Positions 1 to 11,411 of a stretch of 64,000 bases of DNA are shown here, piece after piece. The notes beneath the pieces were generated by a model, which saw only the letters and a program-made list of their open reading frames with translations, was not told where the DNA came from and did not search any database. The DNA is from an uncultured bacterium (lineage in GTDB: Bacteria; Acidobacteriota; HRBIN11; JAKEFK01): NCBI GenBank assembly GCA_963777505.1, contig CAVZQN010000004.1:1792001-1856000 (forward strand), written 5' to 3'. A program made the translations under genes and the position numbers. The stretch's first letter is position 1. Every line of letters begins with the position of its first letter.

Positions 1-257
1 TCATGATTTTGTGCATACGCGATGAGTGTAAAAATTTTCATTAACGATCCAGGTGGATGCTTTTCTTTCAGGATGGGATTGGAGTTCAAAGAAGCTAAGA
101 GAGTTCCATGATTTGGATCGATCATCACTGCAGAGCAGTTGCAGTTCTGTAATCGCTTCTCCAGGAGTTTTTGCAGCGCGGGGTTTTCTTGCGCACTTAA
201 GGGAGTTAGAAAGAAAATGATCATGAATACAATCAGAAATTGGTTAGCGTACTTCAT
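1..257 (-). CDS. Partial (N-terminal) penicillin-binding/transpeptidase-like secreted protein, running off the window; absent from the ORF track
   Basis: Manual translation from the ATG at 257: MKYANQFLIVFMIIFFLTPLSAQENPALQKLLEKRLQNCNCSAVMIDPNHGTLLASLNSNPILKEKHPPGSLMKIFTLIAYAQNH. Signal peptide, an AVMIDP..G..LA strand and a PGSxxK (SxxK) motif. Overlaps the stop of the upstream gene. Confidence 0.75.
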   Translation of the reverse strand, partial: MKYANQFLIVFMIIFFLTPLSAQENPALQKLLEKRLQNCNCSAVMIDPNHGTLLASLNSNPILKEKHPPGSLMKIFTLIAYAQNH

Positions 258-1920
258 AATGAACAACTTCCTCATTTTCAGACTTTTCGATGGTTGATTT
301 CTTAATTGAGTACAGAGCCTTGAAAAGACTATCCAGATTTCCGGAGAAGAATAATGGTTCTTCGCCGCTGTAGGAGCCATGATCCAGGCGCCGCATCAAT
401 CGTGAATATTTCCATCTGCCTTTTTCCCAATCAATTTCAACGAACGAAGATTGCGGTGTTGATAACTGCGCAGGAAGAATAGCGGCGCTTTTGTTCAGGT
501 CCGTTTCATTGTTCGAAATAATGACCCATGGTTTTTGAAATTTAACGTAAATCGGATTAAGGGAATGAAGTGTGTGGGTGCCATTATTATTGCGACTCCA
601 TACGGCTCCGTTTTCTCCGGCTGATGTCAGAAGGAGAAAGTAGGATTGGAGTTGATCAAGCAAATCCTGCTGCTGAAGTGAATCAAAATTTTCCAACAGA
701 AGAATTTGAGTTTCCTGGAAGTGTAAAAAGAGCCCATCCTTATCCCAAATCGGAGTTCTAAGTGTGATTGATGCTGTTGGCTTGGAAGAAGTCAGAAGGG
801 AAGTAAGAACCTTCGGTTGCTCGGCTTGCAAAATCTGAACATCCGCAGGCTGCAATACAGGCGCATCAATGTGCACCAAATAAGGGCTCTTGAGTTCGGC
901 CTGGCTCGCGCGCTCAAAAGATGCTGAAAATGCAGGCGGATAGGAAATTTCCTTTTGATCTTCCGGAAAACGGTTCAGCATTTTCAAAATTGATTCTGAA
1001 ACGCTGTCTGGATCAGGCAACGGTTGGATGGAGAGGTAGTCGGCTGTTAGATTTCGAAAAGGCTTAGCCCAGTCACTCGCCTGTAAATTTCCTGGAGTTC
1101 CATTTTCTGAAAGAGCAAAATATCGATGCTCAATCAGTCCATTTCGTTCGGCCAGGAAATCAATCCACGCAGAACGGATCTTAGAAAACTCTTTTGCATT
1201 TTGATGAATCCAATATTTCTTAAAATACCTGTTGCTGTTCAATGTTTCCTGATCCAGATAAATTGAAAATAATGAAGGTGCTGTTTTTTCCGGATGGCAT
1301 GCCTTCCATTTTTCAGTTCCGGCAAGTGTCGGCGCTCCATTTTGCTTTGTGGCATTCGTCAGGAATTCTTCAAGCAGTGCTGATTCGGTGCTGATTACCA
1401 GGAAAGGTTTTGAATATGCGAATGATAATTTCCCTTCATCAGGGTCGATGTAATATGTCTGTCCGCCGAAATTTCTTTCCTTGAATTTTGCTCGTGCAAT
1501 CCAGAGTTCGGTTAACGAGGCATCTGCCTGAGAGATTTCTGTTGCAGCCAGTACCTTCAATTCTCCGATGTCGTAAACAGCAAGCGCAGAACGTTTTCCT
1601 GAAAGTTTAATAAGATTGTCCAGTGAAAACTGAACTTTCTCTCCAGCAAAATCGTTGATACGTTCTTGCAGCCGCAGATATAAACGTGAATTTTGAAAAA
1701 TTTTGTAGTTGTCTGTCTTTTGCCAATCCGACTTCATTGAAGAATTCTTCCACCAGATAAAGAATTCTTTCAGGTTTGGTGATTCCCAATAAACGATCGC
1801 GTTTGCTGGAAAAAACTCTGCAGGCGAAGGAGTGCCTGGATCCATCAGTTGAGCCGCAACGATTCCAGAAATTACAAGCAATCCTAAGATAACCGCAGCG
1901 CGCAGCTTCTTGTTTTTCAT
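244..1920 (-). CDS. Hypothetical exported/membrane-anchored protein (DUF3352/YfaA-like)
   Basis: Long ORF. Likely start MKNKKLRAAVILGLL at 1920 overlaps the TPR gene stop (ATGA). N-terminal hydrophobic segment followed by a 'PAEFFPANAIVYWE..L' start, which resembles DUF3352-like proteins. Confidence 0.6.
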   Translation of the reverse strand: MKNKKLRAAVILGLLVISGIVAAQLMDPGTPSPAEFFPANAIVYWESPNLKEFFIWWKNSSMKSDWQKTDNYKIFQNSRLYLRLQERINDFAGEKVQFSLDNLIKLSGKRSALAVYDIGELKVLAATEISQADASLTELWIARAKFKERNFGGQTYYIDPDEGKLSFAYSKPFLVISTESALLEEFLTNATKQNGAPTLAGTEKWKACHPEKTAPSLFSIYLDQETLNSNRYFKKYWIHQNAKEFSKIRSAWIDFLAERNGLIEHRYFALSENGTPGNLQASDWAKPFRNLTADYLSIQPLPDPDSVSESILKMLNRFPEDQKEISYPPAFSASFERASQAELKSPYLVHIDAPVLQPADVQILQAEQPKVLTSLLTSSKPTASITLRTPIWDKDGLFLHFQETQILLLENFDSLQQQDLLDQLQSYFLLLTSAGENGAVWSRNNNGTHTLHSLNPIYVKFQKPWVIISNNETDLNKSAAILPAQLSTPQSSFVEIDWEKGRWKYSRLMRRLDHGSYSGEEPLFFSGNLDSLFKALYSIKKSTIEKSENEEVVHYEVR

Positions 1921-4900
1921 GATTCTCTCCCCAGATTTGGGCCGACCTTCCATCGTCCGGTTTCTTCGAGAGCTGCTTCGGCTGCAGTTTTTTCAACCTG
2001 TGTAATCTTTTCTTGAATCCTTTGTTTTTTATTCATATCAGTTTCAATATTCATCGCAAGATGCAGGAAAAAAATCTGCCTTGTATAATTGCGAATTTTT
2101 TCTGCGCAGTCGGAAGCTTCTAACGCAAGCTGCAGGCTTTCCTGGTCTGAAAGATTTAGGTTTTTGATAGGATAATTTTGGGTGCGATCGTAACGATCAT
2201 ATTCGCCATAGTATTCGTCTCCATATCCCCCTGAATCTTCTTCGGTTTCCACATAATTTTCTTCGGACACATTTTCCGGATCCAGCGCGATTAGAGCATT
2301 CTCACAAAGTCCAGCATTTTTGTAAGCACGGAAAAGAGGCACTTTCAGCATTGTGCTCGCAGGATTTACATAGAGCTCGCTCAGCAGTAATTTTAGATTC
2401 TGATTCTGATTCTGCTCGAGTAATACTTCGCGCAAAGCTGTGTAATGTATATTTGTGTACGACGTTACCTTTTGATTCCGAACAACTTTTTCAATCTCTT
2501 GCATTTCAGGAGATCCCGCAAGAAGCTTGCTCGCTTTTCCGTAAACTTTTGCTGCCCGAATTTTATCCTCAAGCGTTGCTATATTCAGTTCAAGAATGCG
2601 TTTCGCTTCTAATGCCGCTTCTTTGTTTTTCTTTAATTCAACGTAATCTTCAGACAGCGCAGCTTGATTCGTTGAATCCCACGGTTTGCGCTTGAGGAGT
2701 TCTTCTCTGAACTGAATTGCATCCTCCAGGCGGTCATGCTTTTCCAAAACATTCGCTGCGAGATTAAAGCGCTCAGGATCTTCACTTAGTCCATAAATCA
2801 TCCGCTTTAATAAATGCAGTGCATCGTCGACTTTGTTTTGATCCAGGCGAATTTCTGCAAGGCCGATATAAAGCGATGAATCTGTTGAGCCGGAAGTTAA
2901 TTGTTGCTCATACAGTTCTTCCAGGATCAAATTCGCTTCCGTTTTCTTTTGTTCTTCCTGTAATAGTTCTGCTGCCTGTCGATATTTTTCTTCGTTCAAG
3001 CTGACGTTTTCATCGTCCTGTTGTTTGCTATAGCTACCTCGTGCAAACTTCTGCAGCAACTCAACTGCCTCTGAAGTTTTGTTCAATCGAAGGAGAGTCT
3101 TTGCATGAAGTAGTATGAATTCGTCAAAATATTGATTTTCGCTTTCAGTCGTCTTTAATTCTTCAAGCACTTCTGACGTGATGCTTTCGGCAAGATTCAC
3201 TTCGGTCATTTCCAAATATTCTTTTGCAGCTTTCAGATTCCATGAAGCCCATTGATTGCGTGCAAGTTCAATTTCCTGCCCTGAAGAAGAACGCATCCAC
3301 GTCTTCAAGTACGCTGCGGTCTGTTTCAAAATTGCAATACGATCTGCCGGTTCCAGCTTTCGAATGCGAAGTATTGCTGCAGAAAACTCTTTCGGTGCTG
3401 GAGCTGATGAAATCCATTTCGAGATCACTGCCTGTCGTTTTTCGTTTGGAAGTTCAGGTAGATATTCGGTGATTAATGCAATTTGAAGCGCACCATTCTT
3501 TTGAATGTCACCAGACAGAAAAGATTCAATATCGCCATGGACGCTATCCAGAAAAGTATGCTTCGATGCGGCTCGCAAAATAAGCAGGTAACGTTCGCTT
3601 GATGGAGGTGTGATCAAACTCTTCCAGATTGCAATTGCTTCTTCTTTTTTGCCAAGTGCAACGAGAGCTTCTGCGCGATGATCGGCATAGTAAATATTCC
3701 CAGGTTCAAGTTCAGTAGCAAGATTGAAGTGGTGCAGCGCTGATTCAGGCATATCTGTCAGATAGTACGTTCCAAGTTCGTCCTGATATTCGCCACGAAC
3801 CGGAGCGCCTTCAATATCGGAAAGAAGATAATAAGTCGCCTCACTCCTGTTTCCCGTGTTCCACAAATATTCACCATAACGTGTGCCATAGAAAAACCAA
3901 TCATCACCGGAAACTGCTAGTGCTGAATCAGCTCGGGTTTCGAGTTGATCCGCTATTGAACGAAGATCCAGTCCATTTGAAAATAATTCACGAACAAAGG
4001 GTTCGTTAATGTTGAGTTCTTTTGCCAGCATTGCAGACTGAATCGTTTTCCACACAGGTTCTTTGGTTTTTGCGAGAGACTCGATTGCAATGAGTGCACA
4101 TTCTTGATCTTTCTTTTTCACAAAGAAGTTTGCGACTGTGAAGTTCGCTTTGGTCGCTGCGCTTCTTAATTCATTTCGCAGGTTTCGTTCATAAAGCAAA
4201 GTCAGATAGCGCTCAATCGCTTCGGGTGTGGGATTCTGATGATTCACAACAGCAATGTTGAAGTATTCCCTTAATACGACAAGTTCTTTGTCAGTCATTT
4301 GAGCAAGTCTGTATGCATAAGCGGCTTCAACAAGATCATAGTCATGGTAATAGTTTGATTTTCTTCTTTTCCATTCTGTTTCAAGGAATTTCCCGCAGGC
4401 AGCGTAAGCATGACGATCGAGGTAGAATCGCTGTAGTTGTTGCCGATCAGAACGATAGTTCCCCAGTGTTCTGTCATATGAATTCGCTAGTAACCCTTGC
4501 AATAATTGTTCTTCTGCGCGAGCCATTCCTGCGGCATGTGCTAAAGGTAAGAGTCTTTCTCTTTTTAGCTGGGTCTTATAAGTCGCAGCATGAGTTAACA
4601 AGGCAGTTTCCAGTTTTTCGATTTCGGTACCCGTTAAATATTTTCTTACGCTGAGAGGGAAGGTTCGGATCAGAGTATCCTGAATCATGTATTGATTGGA
4701 ACGGAGCGCTTCATCCGCAAATGTTGCCTTGACTCGCGCTTTATCCAATCGATTCAGAGTTTGCACCATTATCTCAAGTGCAGCCGGCGCAGAATTCGTT
4801 TGAATCATCGCTTCCATATATGCTGCAAAACCTTCAGATGGTATCGATTGAGTTAGATCTGCCCGAAATTCCTTCATGCCTGCGTTGCCGTATGCAACTG

Positions 4901-7900
4901 CGCTGGCTGGCATTCCCCAACTCAACGCTTTCGCTGACATCATGAACTGGCGCTGTAGTAGAGAACGTGGCTCAATATATCTTTCGTACAACTCAAGAGC
5001 TTTCTTCTGGTTTCCTAAACGCGCTTCTAATTCCGCCATTGAGCCAAGCCAGTTCGTATCTTTGTACGTTAATGCATACAGTTGCTCATACGTTTGAATG
5101 GCTTCTTTATATTGCCCGGCTCTTCTGTGTGCATCCGCCAGGCTCTCATTTAAATCAACGCGTTCCGGACGAATCGCAATTGCAGCACGAAAACTTGTAA
5201 TGGCATCGGCAGGATTTCCTGAATCCAGATAAATTCTGCCAAGCATCATTGGCCAGCGATGATCTTTCGGTGAGGCCGCCGCAGTCTTCTGGTAATACTC
5301 GATCAGGCGCGGTGTCAGTGCATAGCGCGCCGCAAATTCTGCGCTTTCCCGGACAAGACTTTCATTTTCAGCATCACGATTGAGAAGTTCAATATATTGA
5401 TCGAGCGCTGCAGTGTAATCTTTTAATATGAGATTTGCTTGAATGATGCCTCTTCGCATCGAAGCGATCTGTTGCTTTTTCTGATCTTCAGAAAGCTTTG
5501 AATCACGAACAAGCTGAAGGCCTGCGCGATAATGTTCGACCATTGATTTGTAATTGCCTTGTTCCGCGTAAATCTCAGAAACGAATTGAAACAAATCTGC
5601 ATTCAGTGGATCATCCTTACGCAACTCTGCGACAGATGTGAGTGCACGGTCGTACAGTTTTCTTTCGCGATAACGTCCGGCGACTTCACGCAAAAAGCGT
5701 TTTCTGAATTGAGAATTTGCGATTGAAAGAGCCGAGTCGTAAATTGCAAAGGCTTTATCGTAGTGTCCATTTCGCCAGTAGAACAAAATCAGGTCCTGGA
5801 TCAATCCATGGCTTGAGGGTTGCTTCTTATAAAGAGCAACGAGAATCGATTCTGCTGCTTGTTTTTCTCCACGCGAATCATAGAACCTGGCAAGTTCAAG
5901 ATTCAATGTAATCCGTTCAAGATCGGATGAAGCATATTGAATTTGCTTTTGAATGATCATCACGTTCGCGGAATTAAATCCGAATCTGCGAGCCGTGTTT
6001 GCTAGTGAACTGGAAATTTCTGCAAATGATTTAGGCTGTAACGTTTCTATGGCGCGTGTGAGATATTGCATCACAGTATGTTTTTCCTGCTGTGTGGAAT
6101 AAAACTCAATCACGCCGGCCCACCATGTTGAATCCTGCGGGTTTTGTTTGAGTTGTGTGTCGAGATGCGTGCGGATCAATGCGGCGAGACGCGGCCGCTT
6201 ATAAAGTTCAGTCAGCCTGTTTCTCGCTTCTTCTGATTGCGCGATCAGGCTTTTACTATATTCAGCAACAGCCGCTTCGTAGTTCCTTTTCGATTCGTAA
6301 ATCGCGCCTGCTTCGTAAGCATAGAGTGACTCCGAGGCCTGAATTGAACGCGCTCTCTGAATTAAGTTCAGAGCATCATCAAACAGGTAGTAATCCCAGA
6401 GAATTGTGGCGACTTCCAGATATCGTTCGGGATTTTGCGGATCCGAACGGATAATGTTCTCCCAGTTTTCTTTTGCTTCTGTGTATTCTTCGATTTCTGC
6501 AAGTGTTTCGCCCGCGGTAGTCCATAGCGCAATGTCAGAAGGCGAAATTCGCGCGAGATGTTCCCGAATGCTAGCTGATTCAGCGTAGAAAGATGGATTC
6601 TGCCACGCGAGTGATCGTTTCAAATCAGCAACACGTACATTCAACCATCGGTCTGAAGAATATTTCGCAGCGAGATCTTCATATAGTGGGACGGCTTCCG
6701 AATAGTGTGAATTCCAGACAAGAATGTCGGCTGCAAACAGTTTTTCAGGATTGGTGGTTGGGTTTGCAATATCTCTGGAGGTTCCGTTAGCACGATAATT
6801 GAAGAAGTTATATTGCTGCCGGATCGATTCATCCAGAAAATAATATTTCCGACAAAGTTCGTGCCAGACCGGGGGCCTTTCTGACCCGTTCGTTACATAG
6901 GCTTCCAGTAAATTGTTTACAAATGTAAGGTTGTACGGAAAGCGGCTTAAGGCGTACTCGTTGATTGCAATCTGAAGCGATCGATAGGGTTGCGGATAAT
7001 GAACACTGTTGATGTATTCGGCCACTTCAGTCCCGGCAAATAGATCCACAATTTCACGGGAGATTTTTTCAAATTCACCTTGCTGTTCGCGCCTGATATA
7101 CCATCGTGCAAGTTTTTCGTACCAACTTCGGGTCTTGAATTGTTTGATCGCTTCTTTGTAAACACCCGATTCTTCGTCAAACAAATTATTTTGAGCAAGA
7201 TAAGCGGCGAAATCGATATACAGCATTTCTTCAGAAGGATGTTGCTGAAGCTGATCGCGATAGAGTCTTAGAACTCCCATGAAATTCTTTTCACGAGTTA
7301 AGCTTGCAATGTAACGCTTTAGCAAGGATTCATATTCGAGTGACTGTACAGGCTGCGGCGTAGATTCGTTCTCGTATTCTTCTTCCTCTTCTTCTTCATA
7401 ACTCTCCGAAGGTTGCTGCGGCGGTGCGAAGAGTTGCTGAGCGTTCCTTTTCGAAGCTACGCCCAACAAATAATCATACGTGCGCCATTCATTGCTGTTG
7501 TCTTTCTTTCGCGCGTATGCCTCAACAACTTCAGTTCCAACATGAATGAGCTGTCCTGAATTTGGAAAGTTGCGGAAAAAATCTTCGCCAGTCTTAATGA
7601 TCAAATCATCCATGCCGTACTTCTTATAGATTTTCAAAACATCGTAATACATGGCAGGCAGATGTTTTGAAGATGGATATTCTCGCTGCGTAAGTCTTAC
7701 GATTGCGCCGGCTTGAGCGCGATTAAAATATCCGATCGCTTTTGTTTCCTGCAAAGAAAACTCGGATTGTGGATCCGTGCCATTTAAAATTAAAGAAAGA
7801 ATTCCATTGAACACACCAGGTGAAGCGTCGGCCTTTGCGATATCTTTGTAAAAATCCAAATTTCCAGAGCCAATCTGAATGGGACGTTCTTCCGCTGTTA

Positions 7901-9051
7901 TCAAAATTTGAAATAAGCCATACAAAGCATCATCACTTGCAAGCGTGGTATATCGCTTTGCCTTCACGTTTTGATGCAGCGCTCCGTACAGGGCAAAGTA
8001 AAAACGCGCAGACTCATTGAGATTTAGAGCTCTTTGATGCAGCTGCGCCATCACCCACAGCTCATCGGCATTCCATTGTGATTTATTTTCTCGAACGCTT
8101 TTTTCTTTCAGCAGCCGAAAATCATTTAAAACGGCAGCGGATTCAGCGGTATTTCCTGCAAAGTAATATGAATGGAATAAACGGGTGGCAGCATCAAAAT
8201 CTAAAGGATCCTTTTTGAGTTTTTGGCTGAGTGAAGCAAGATATTCACCTTTTTTTTCCGCCCGGATCGCAGCCGCATCAAGCGCTCTTGCCAGTTCAGT
8301 ATCCCAGAGGGGTTCGTAACTCTTGTTCAACAACTCAAATGCGATTGCGGGTTCAACAAGCCGTACTTTATTCAATAGATACGTTGTTTTTTGCTCAGGA
8401 AATTTCTGCTGGTAGAGTTCTACCAATTCAAGTGCATTTGCATTTGAATCGTTAGCAGATGCGCCAATCGATCCAATCCTGTAGTGCTTTTAAAGACTGC
8501 GGATATTTTTCCGTAATGATCTTGTAAATGGCTTGTGGATCTTCGGGGAGTTTGTAATTTGCACGATGAGCTAGCGCACGATGGTAGTGAGTATAGGGTC
8601 CACGGTTGTTTTCAGGATCCATGGGATCGGCAGGTTGTACGTTTGCATGGTTCAGTATTTCTTTGTACTCGTCATGGAATCGCAGCCGTTTATGATAGAA
8701 GTTTTCCAGAGCGTAATAAGCAGAATCTTTATCCGTTGATTTTTCCACGAACTGTTTTATATGGATTTCAGCCTGCGCGAAATCAAGCAGTTCAACTTCA
8801 ATATCTGAAAGCGCTTTAAGCAAAGAAATATTTTCGGGCTGAGTTTGAATCAATGACGTAAGTTTTTCCCGCACTTCCTGGGGAGTATTGGGAACAATTG
8901 CTTGCTCACCTTGAAACGATTCCTTGTGATAAAAGGCCTGTGCGATTGGATCGCTTTCGCGCAAGTCGGATGGCACAATCGCGAAAACAATGGACACAAG
9001 CAATGTAAGCGGTATTACAGAAATAGATTTCAGTAAACGAATGGCGTTCAT
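1917..9051 (-). CDS. Giant exported TPR/alpha-solenoid protein (~2,377 aa when joined); frameshift near 8462
   Basis: ORF 8452-9078 (signal peptide MNAIRLLKSISVIPLTLLVSIVFA) joins ORF 1917-8426 after removing one base at GAT TGG (C) GCA TCT. Many TPR-like helix pairs, e.g. LGRIYLDSGNPADAITSFRAAIAIRP. The start overlaps the VIT gene stop (TGATG). Confidence 0.8.
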
Positions 9052-11411
9052 CAATACACTTCCACTTTTCGCGACCATCGGCTGATGTTGTGTGCGAAAT
9101 CTTCACCAATCACTTGAAGTTCATAGACGCCGGCAGGCAAATCGTCGGGCACAATGATGTATCCAACGGAAGCTTTCTCACGGTTGTCCCATTGAATTTT
9201 TACAGGACGTGTTCCTTCTAATTTTGCATAAATATGGCGCGTATCTTGATCAGAATGGACCAGAAGTTTTACAGTGCCTCCGCGCTGAATTGTTCCCTGC
9301 CAGCGAGCTGTAATGACTGGAGGTCTGCTATCTACAATGAATGATTTCTTTTCGTCATATTGATTGCCCATGCGATCGCGCAAAATTAAACGGCAAAAGT
9401 ATGTGCCATCTGAAACTTCTTTAGGAACAAGAAAGCGTGTTTGCCAGATTTCTTCTGAAGGCAGATAGACAAGATTTTTCACAAGGCCAAACGGGAAAAT
9501 GGCTCTTACTGAAACGATATCGGGATCTGTTTTCACCCGAAGTAATGGATCGCCAGGCCGGATCGCGCGCGGCCGCAGCAAAGATCGAGGGGCAGCAAGA
9601 AATGAAGTGTACGGCGTTACAAATTTATACTTTTTTGCAAGCCTGATGATTTCATCGATGCTTGCTGCATCTTCACCTTCCAATTCAATTTTGCGTAGGA
9701 GCGCATCCACACGCATTCTGGCCCATCCGCGTGGAATAAAGGTGTGCTCTGTTGCAGATTCTGGAAAATCGACTGTGCGTTCCAGTTTAAGGTCTTTGCC
9801 TGCAAGTGTGCCGGTGGCAGAAATTCTAACGGCCGAAGCAGGAGATCGATATCTGCCGAACCAATCTTTTGATGAGCCATCGTAAACGCGGCCTGGTTCT
9901 GAAGGGTACACGTTATAAAGCAGATCGGGGGTGGAGGAACTCAGCAATAAATTATGCGCAGGCTCTTGTCCAATTTTTGAGAAGAATGCGTGAAGCTTGA
10001 AAGTTAAATCCTCCGTTTCGCGGACCCAATCAAAAGTGCCGTTGCTCCGTTCAGCAATTTCGGAAAGTAAAGTACGGTTCGTATCGGATCCGATTCCAAA
10101 GCAAAAGGCCCTCAGCGATGCGTTTTGATTTCCTGATGTGAAGTGTTCCAAAAGCTTTTTCGTTTGTATTTGAGTGAGGGTCGGATTTCCATCAGTCAGC
10201 AAAATCAGAAAGCGGTTCTTATGTTTGAGTTTGTTTGCGCTTTCAAATGCAGTATCCAATGCTTTCCGGAAGTCCGTGCCGCCCATCAAGTATTGTGACC
10301 GCACAAATTGCAGGGCTTGCGCTATGTTTTCACGCGTGGCAGGAAGGGGAGCTTCACTTGATGTTTTTGTTTCCTGGTGAAACAAAATCAATTGGAATTC
10401 ATCTTGTTCACGCAAGTTTTGTAAGAAATATTCCAGTGCTGCAAATGATTGTTCCAATTTCTCCCAGCGCATTGAAGAAGATGCGTCCAGCAGGATTAAT
10501 AAAGAACGCGGATTTTTTTCATCGACAACTCCGCCTTCGTTCAGCACCGCGGAAGTCCAAAAATAACCATCCTCTACTTTGCCGGTCGAAGGTTTTTCAA
10601 AAGCTGTGATTGTTTGACCTTCGGTTCGTAATGCAGAATCGGCTCCGCGAAATGCAAGAAAAGATAATTCGCTTTTTTTCGTATCCAGTCTGTATTGGAA
10701 GGCAAAATCTTCATTCAATGTAAGTTCACGCGCTTCAAACGTTCCTTTCCATGCGCCGCTTCCTTCAGGATTCATTTTCAATGGATAAAAACTGGAAATT
10801 AATTTAAGGTCGGCGATCGGGATGGTGCTCAGCAGTTCAAGATCCAGTGAGAAGTAGCCTGTTTTTTGTTCCCGGAATAGATCAGGTTTCAACGGCAGTG
10901 AGAAATACGATTGTGTTCCTTGTAAATCGATGCGCTGAGTGTATTCAATTTCAAGACGCTTGGTTCCATAGGCAGGGATTGGAACAATTCGCGCTGAAAA
11001 TGCACTTGCCATGCGTGCGCCTTCTTCACCTTCATCCTGTTGAAGTAAACCTGGATCGATGACCTGCATTTTCAACGATTCGTAAATTTCTGACGCTCTT
11101 TTCCGTTCCAGAATTACGCCCGGGATCCGAACCACACCGTCCCATACAGCAAAATCGGAGATGGCTGCATCACCCGGAATCGCGAAAACATATTTGCCTT
11201 CCTGCACCCGATTCGTATGATTGCCAAAAATCTGAGTGATACGGACACGCGCATGCTGATGATCTGCGCGAATATGGACCATGACTTCATCGAGCGTAAG
11301 AATCGATGGATCGGGTTCCTCGCGATCTCCCGGAATTACGACTCCGACGTCAGCAAAGACAACCGCTGAGACGAGGCTAGCGAAGATCAGGAATAGTACT
11401 AATTTTGTCAT
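9051..11411 (-). CDS. Secreted VIT + von Willebrand factor A domain protein (inter-alpha-trypsin inhibitor heavy chain-like)
   Basis: VIT signature (ITQIFGNHT...EGKYVFAIPGDAAISDFAVW...A..IYE...DPGLL), vWA MIDAS motifs DASSSM / GGTDF / LLTDG, and a FVTPYTSFL motif. Signal peptide MTKLVLFLIFASLVSAVVFA. Confidence 0.88.
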   Translation of the reverse strand: MTKLVLFLIFASLVSAVVFADVGVVIPGDREEPDPSILTLDEVMVHIRADHQHARVRITQIFGNHTNRVQEGKYVFAIPGDAAISDFAVWDGVVRIPGVILERKRASEIYESLKMQVIDPGLLQQDEGEEGARMASAFSARIVPIPAYGTKRLEIEYTQRIDLQGTQSYFSLPLKPDLFREQKTGYFSLDLELLSTIPIADLKLISSFYPLKMNPEGSGAWKGTFEARELTLNEDFAFQYRLDTKKSELSFLAFRGADSALRTEGQTITAFEKPSTGKVEDGYFWTSAVLNEGGVVDEKNPRSLLILLDASSSMRWEKLEQSFAALEYFLQNLREQDEFQLILFHQETKTSSEAPLPATRENIAQALQFVRSQYLMGGTDFRKALDTAFESANKLKHKNRFLILLTDGNPTLTQIQTKKLLEHFTSGNQNASLRAFCFGIGSDTNRTLLSEIAERSNGTFDWVRETEDLTFKLHAFFSKIGQEPAHNLLLSSSTPDLLYNVYPSEPGRVYDGSSKDWFGRYRSPASAVRISATGTLAGKDLKLERTVDFPESATEHTFIPRGWARMRVDALLRKIELEGEDAASIDEIIRLAKKYKFVTPYTSFLAAPRSLLRPRAIRPGDPLLRVKTDPDIVSVRAIFPFGLVKNLVYLPSEEIWQTRFLVPKEVSDGTYFCRLILRDRMGNQYDEKKSFIVDSRPPVITARWQGTIQRGGTVKLLVHSDQDTRHIYAKLEGTRPVKIQWDNREKASVGYIIVPDDLPAGVYELQVIGEDFAHNISRWSRKVEVY

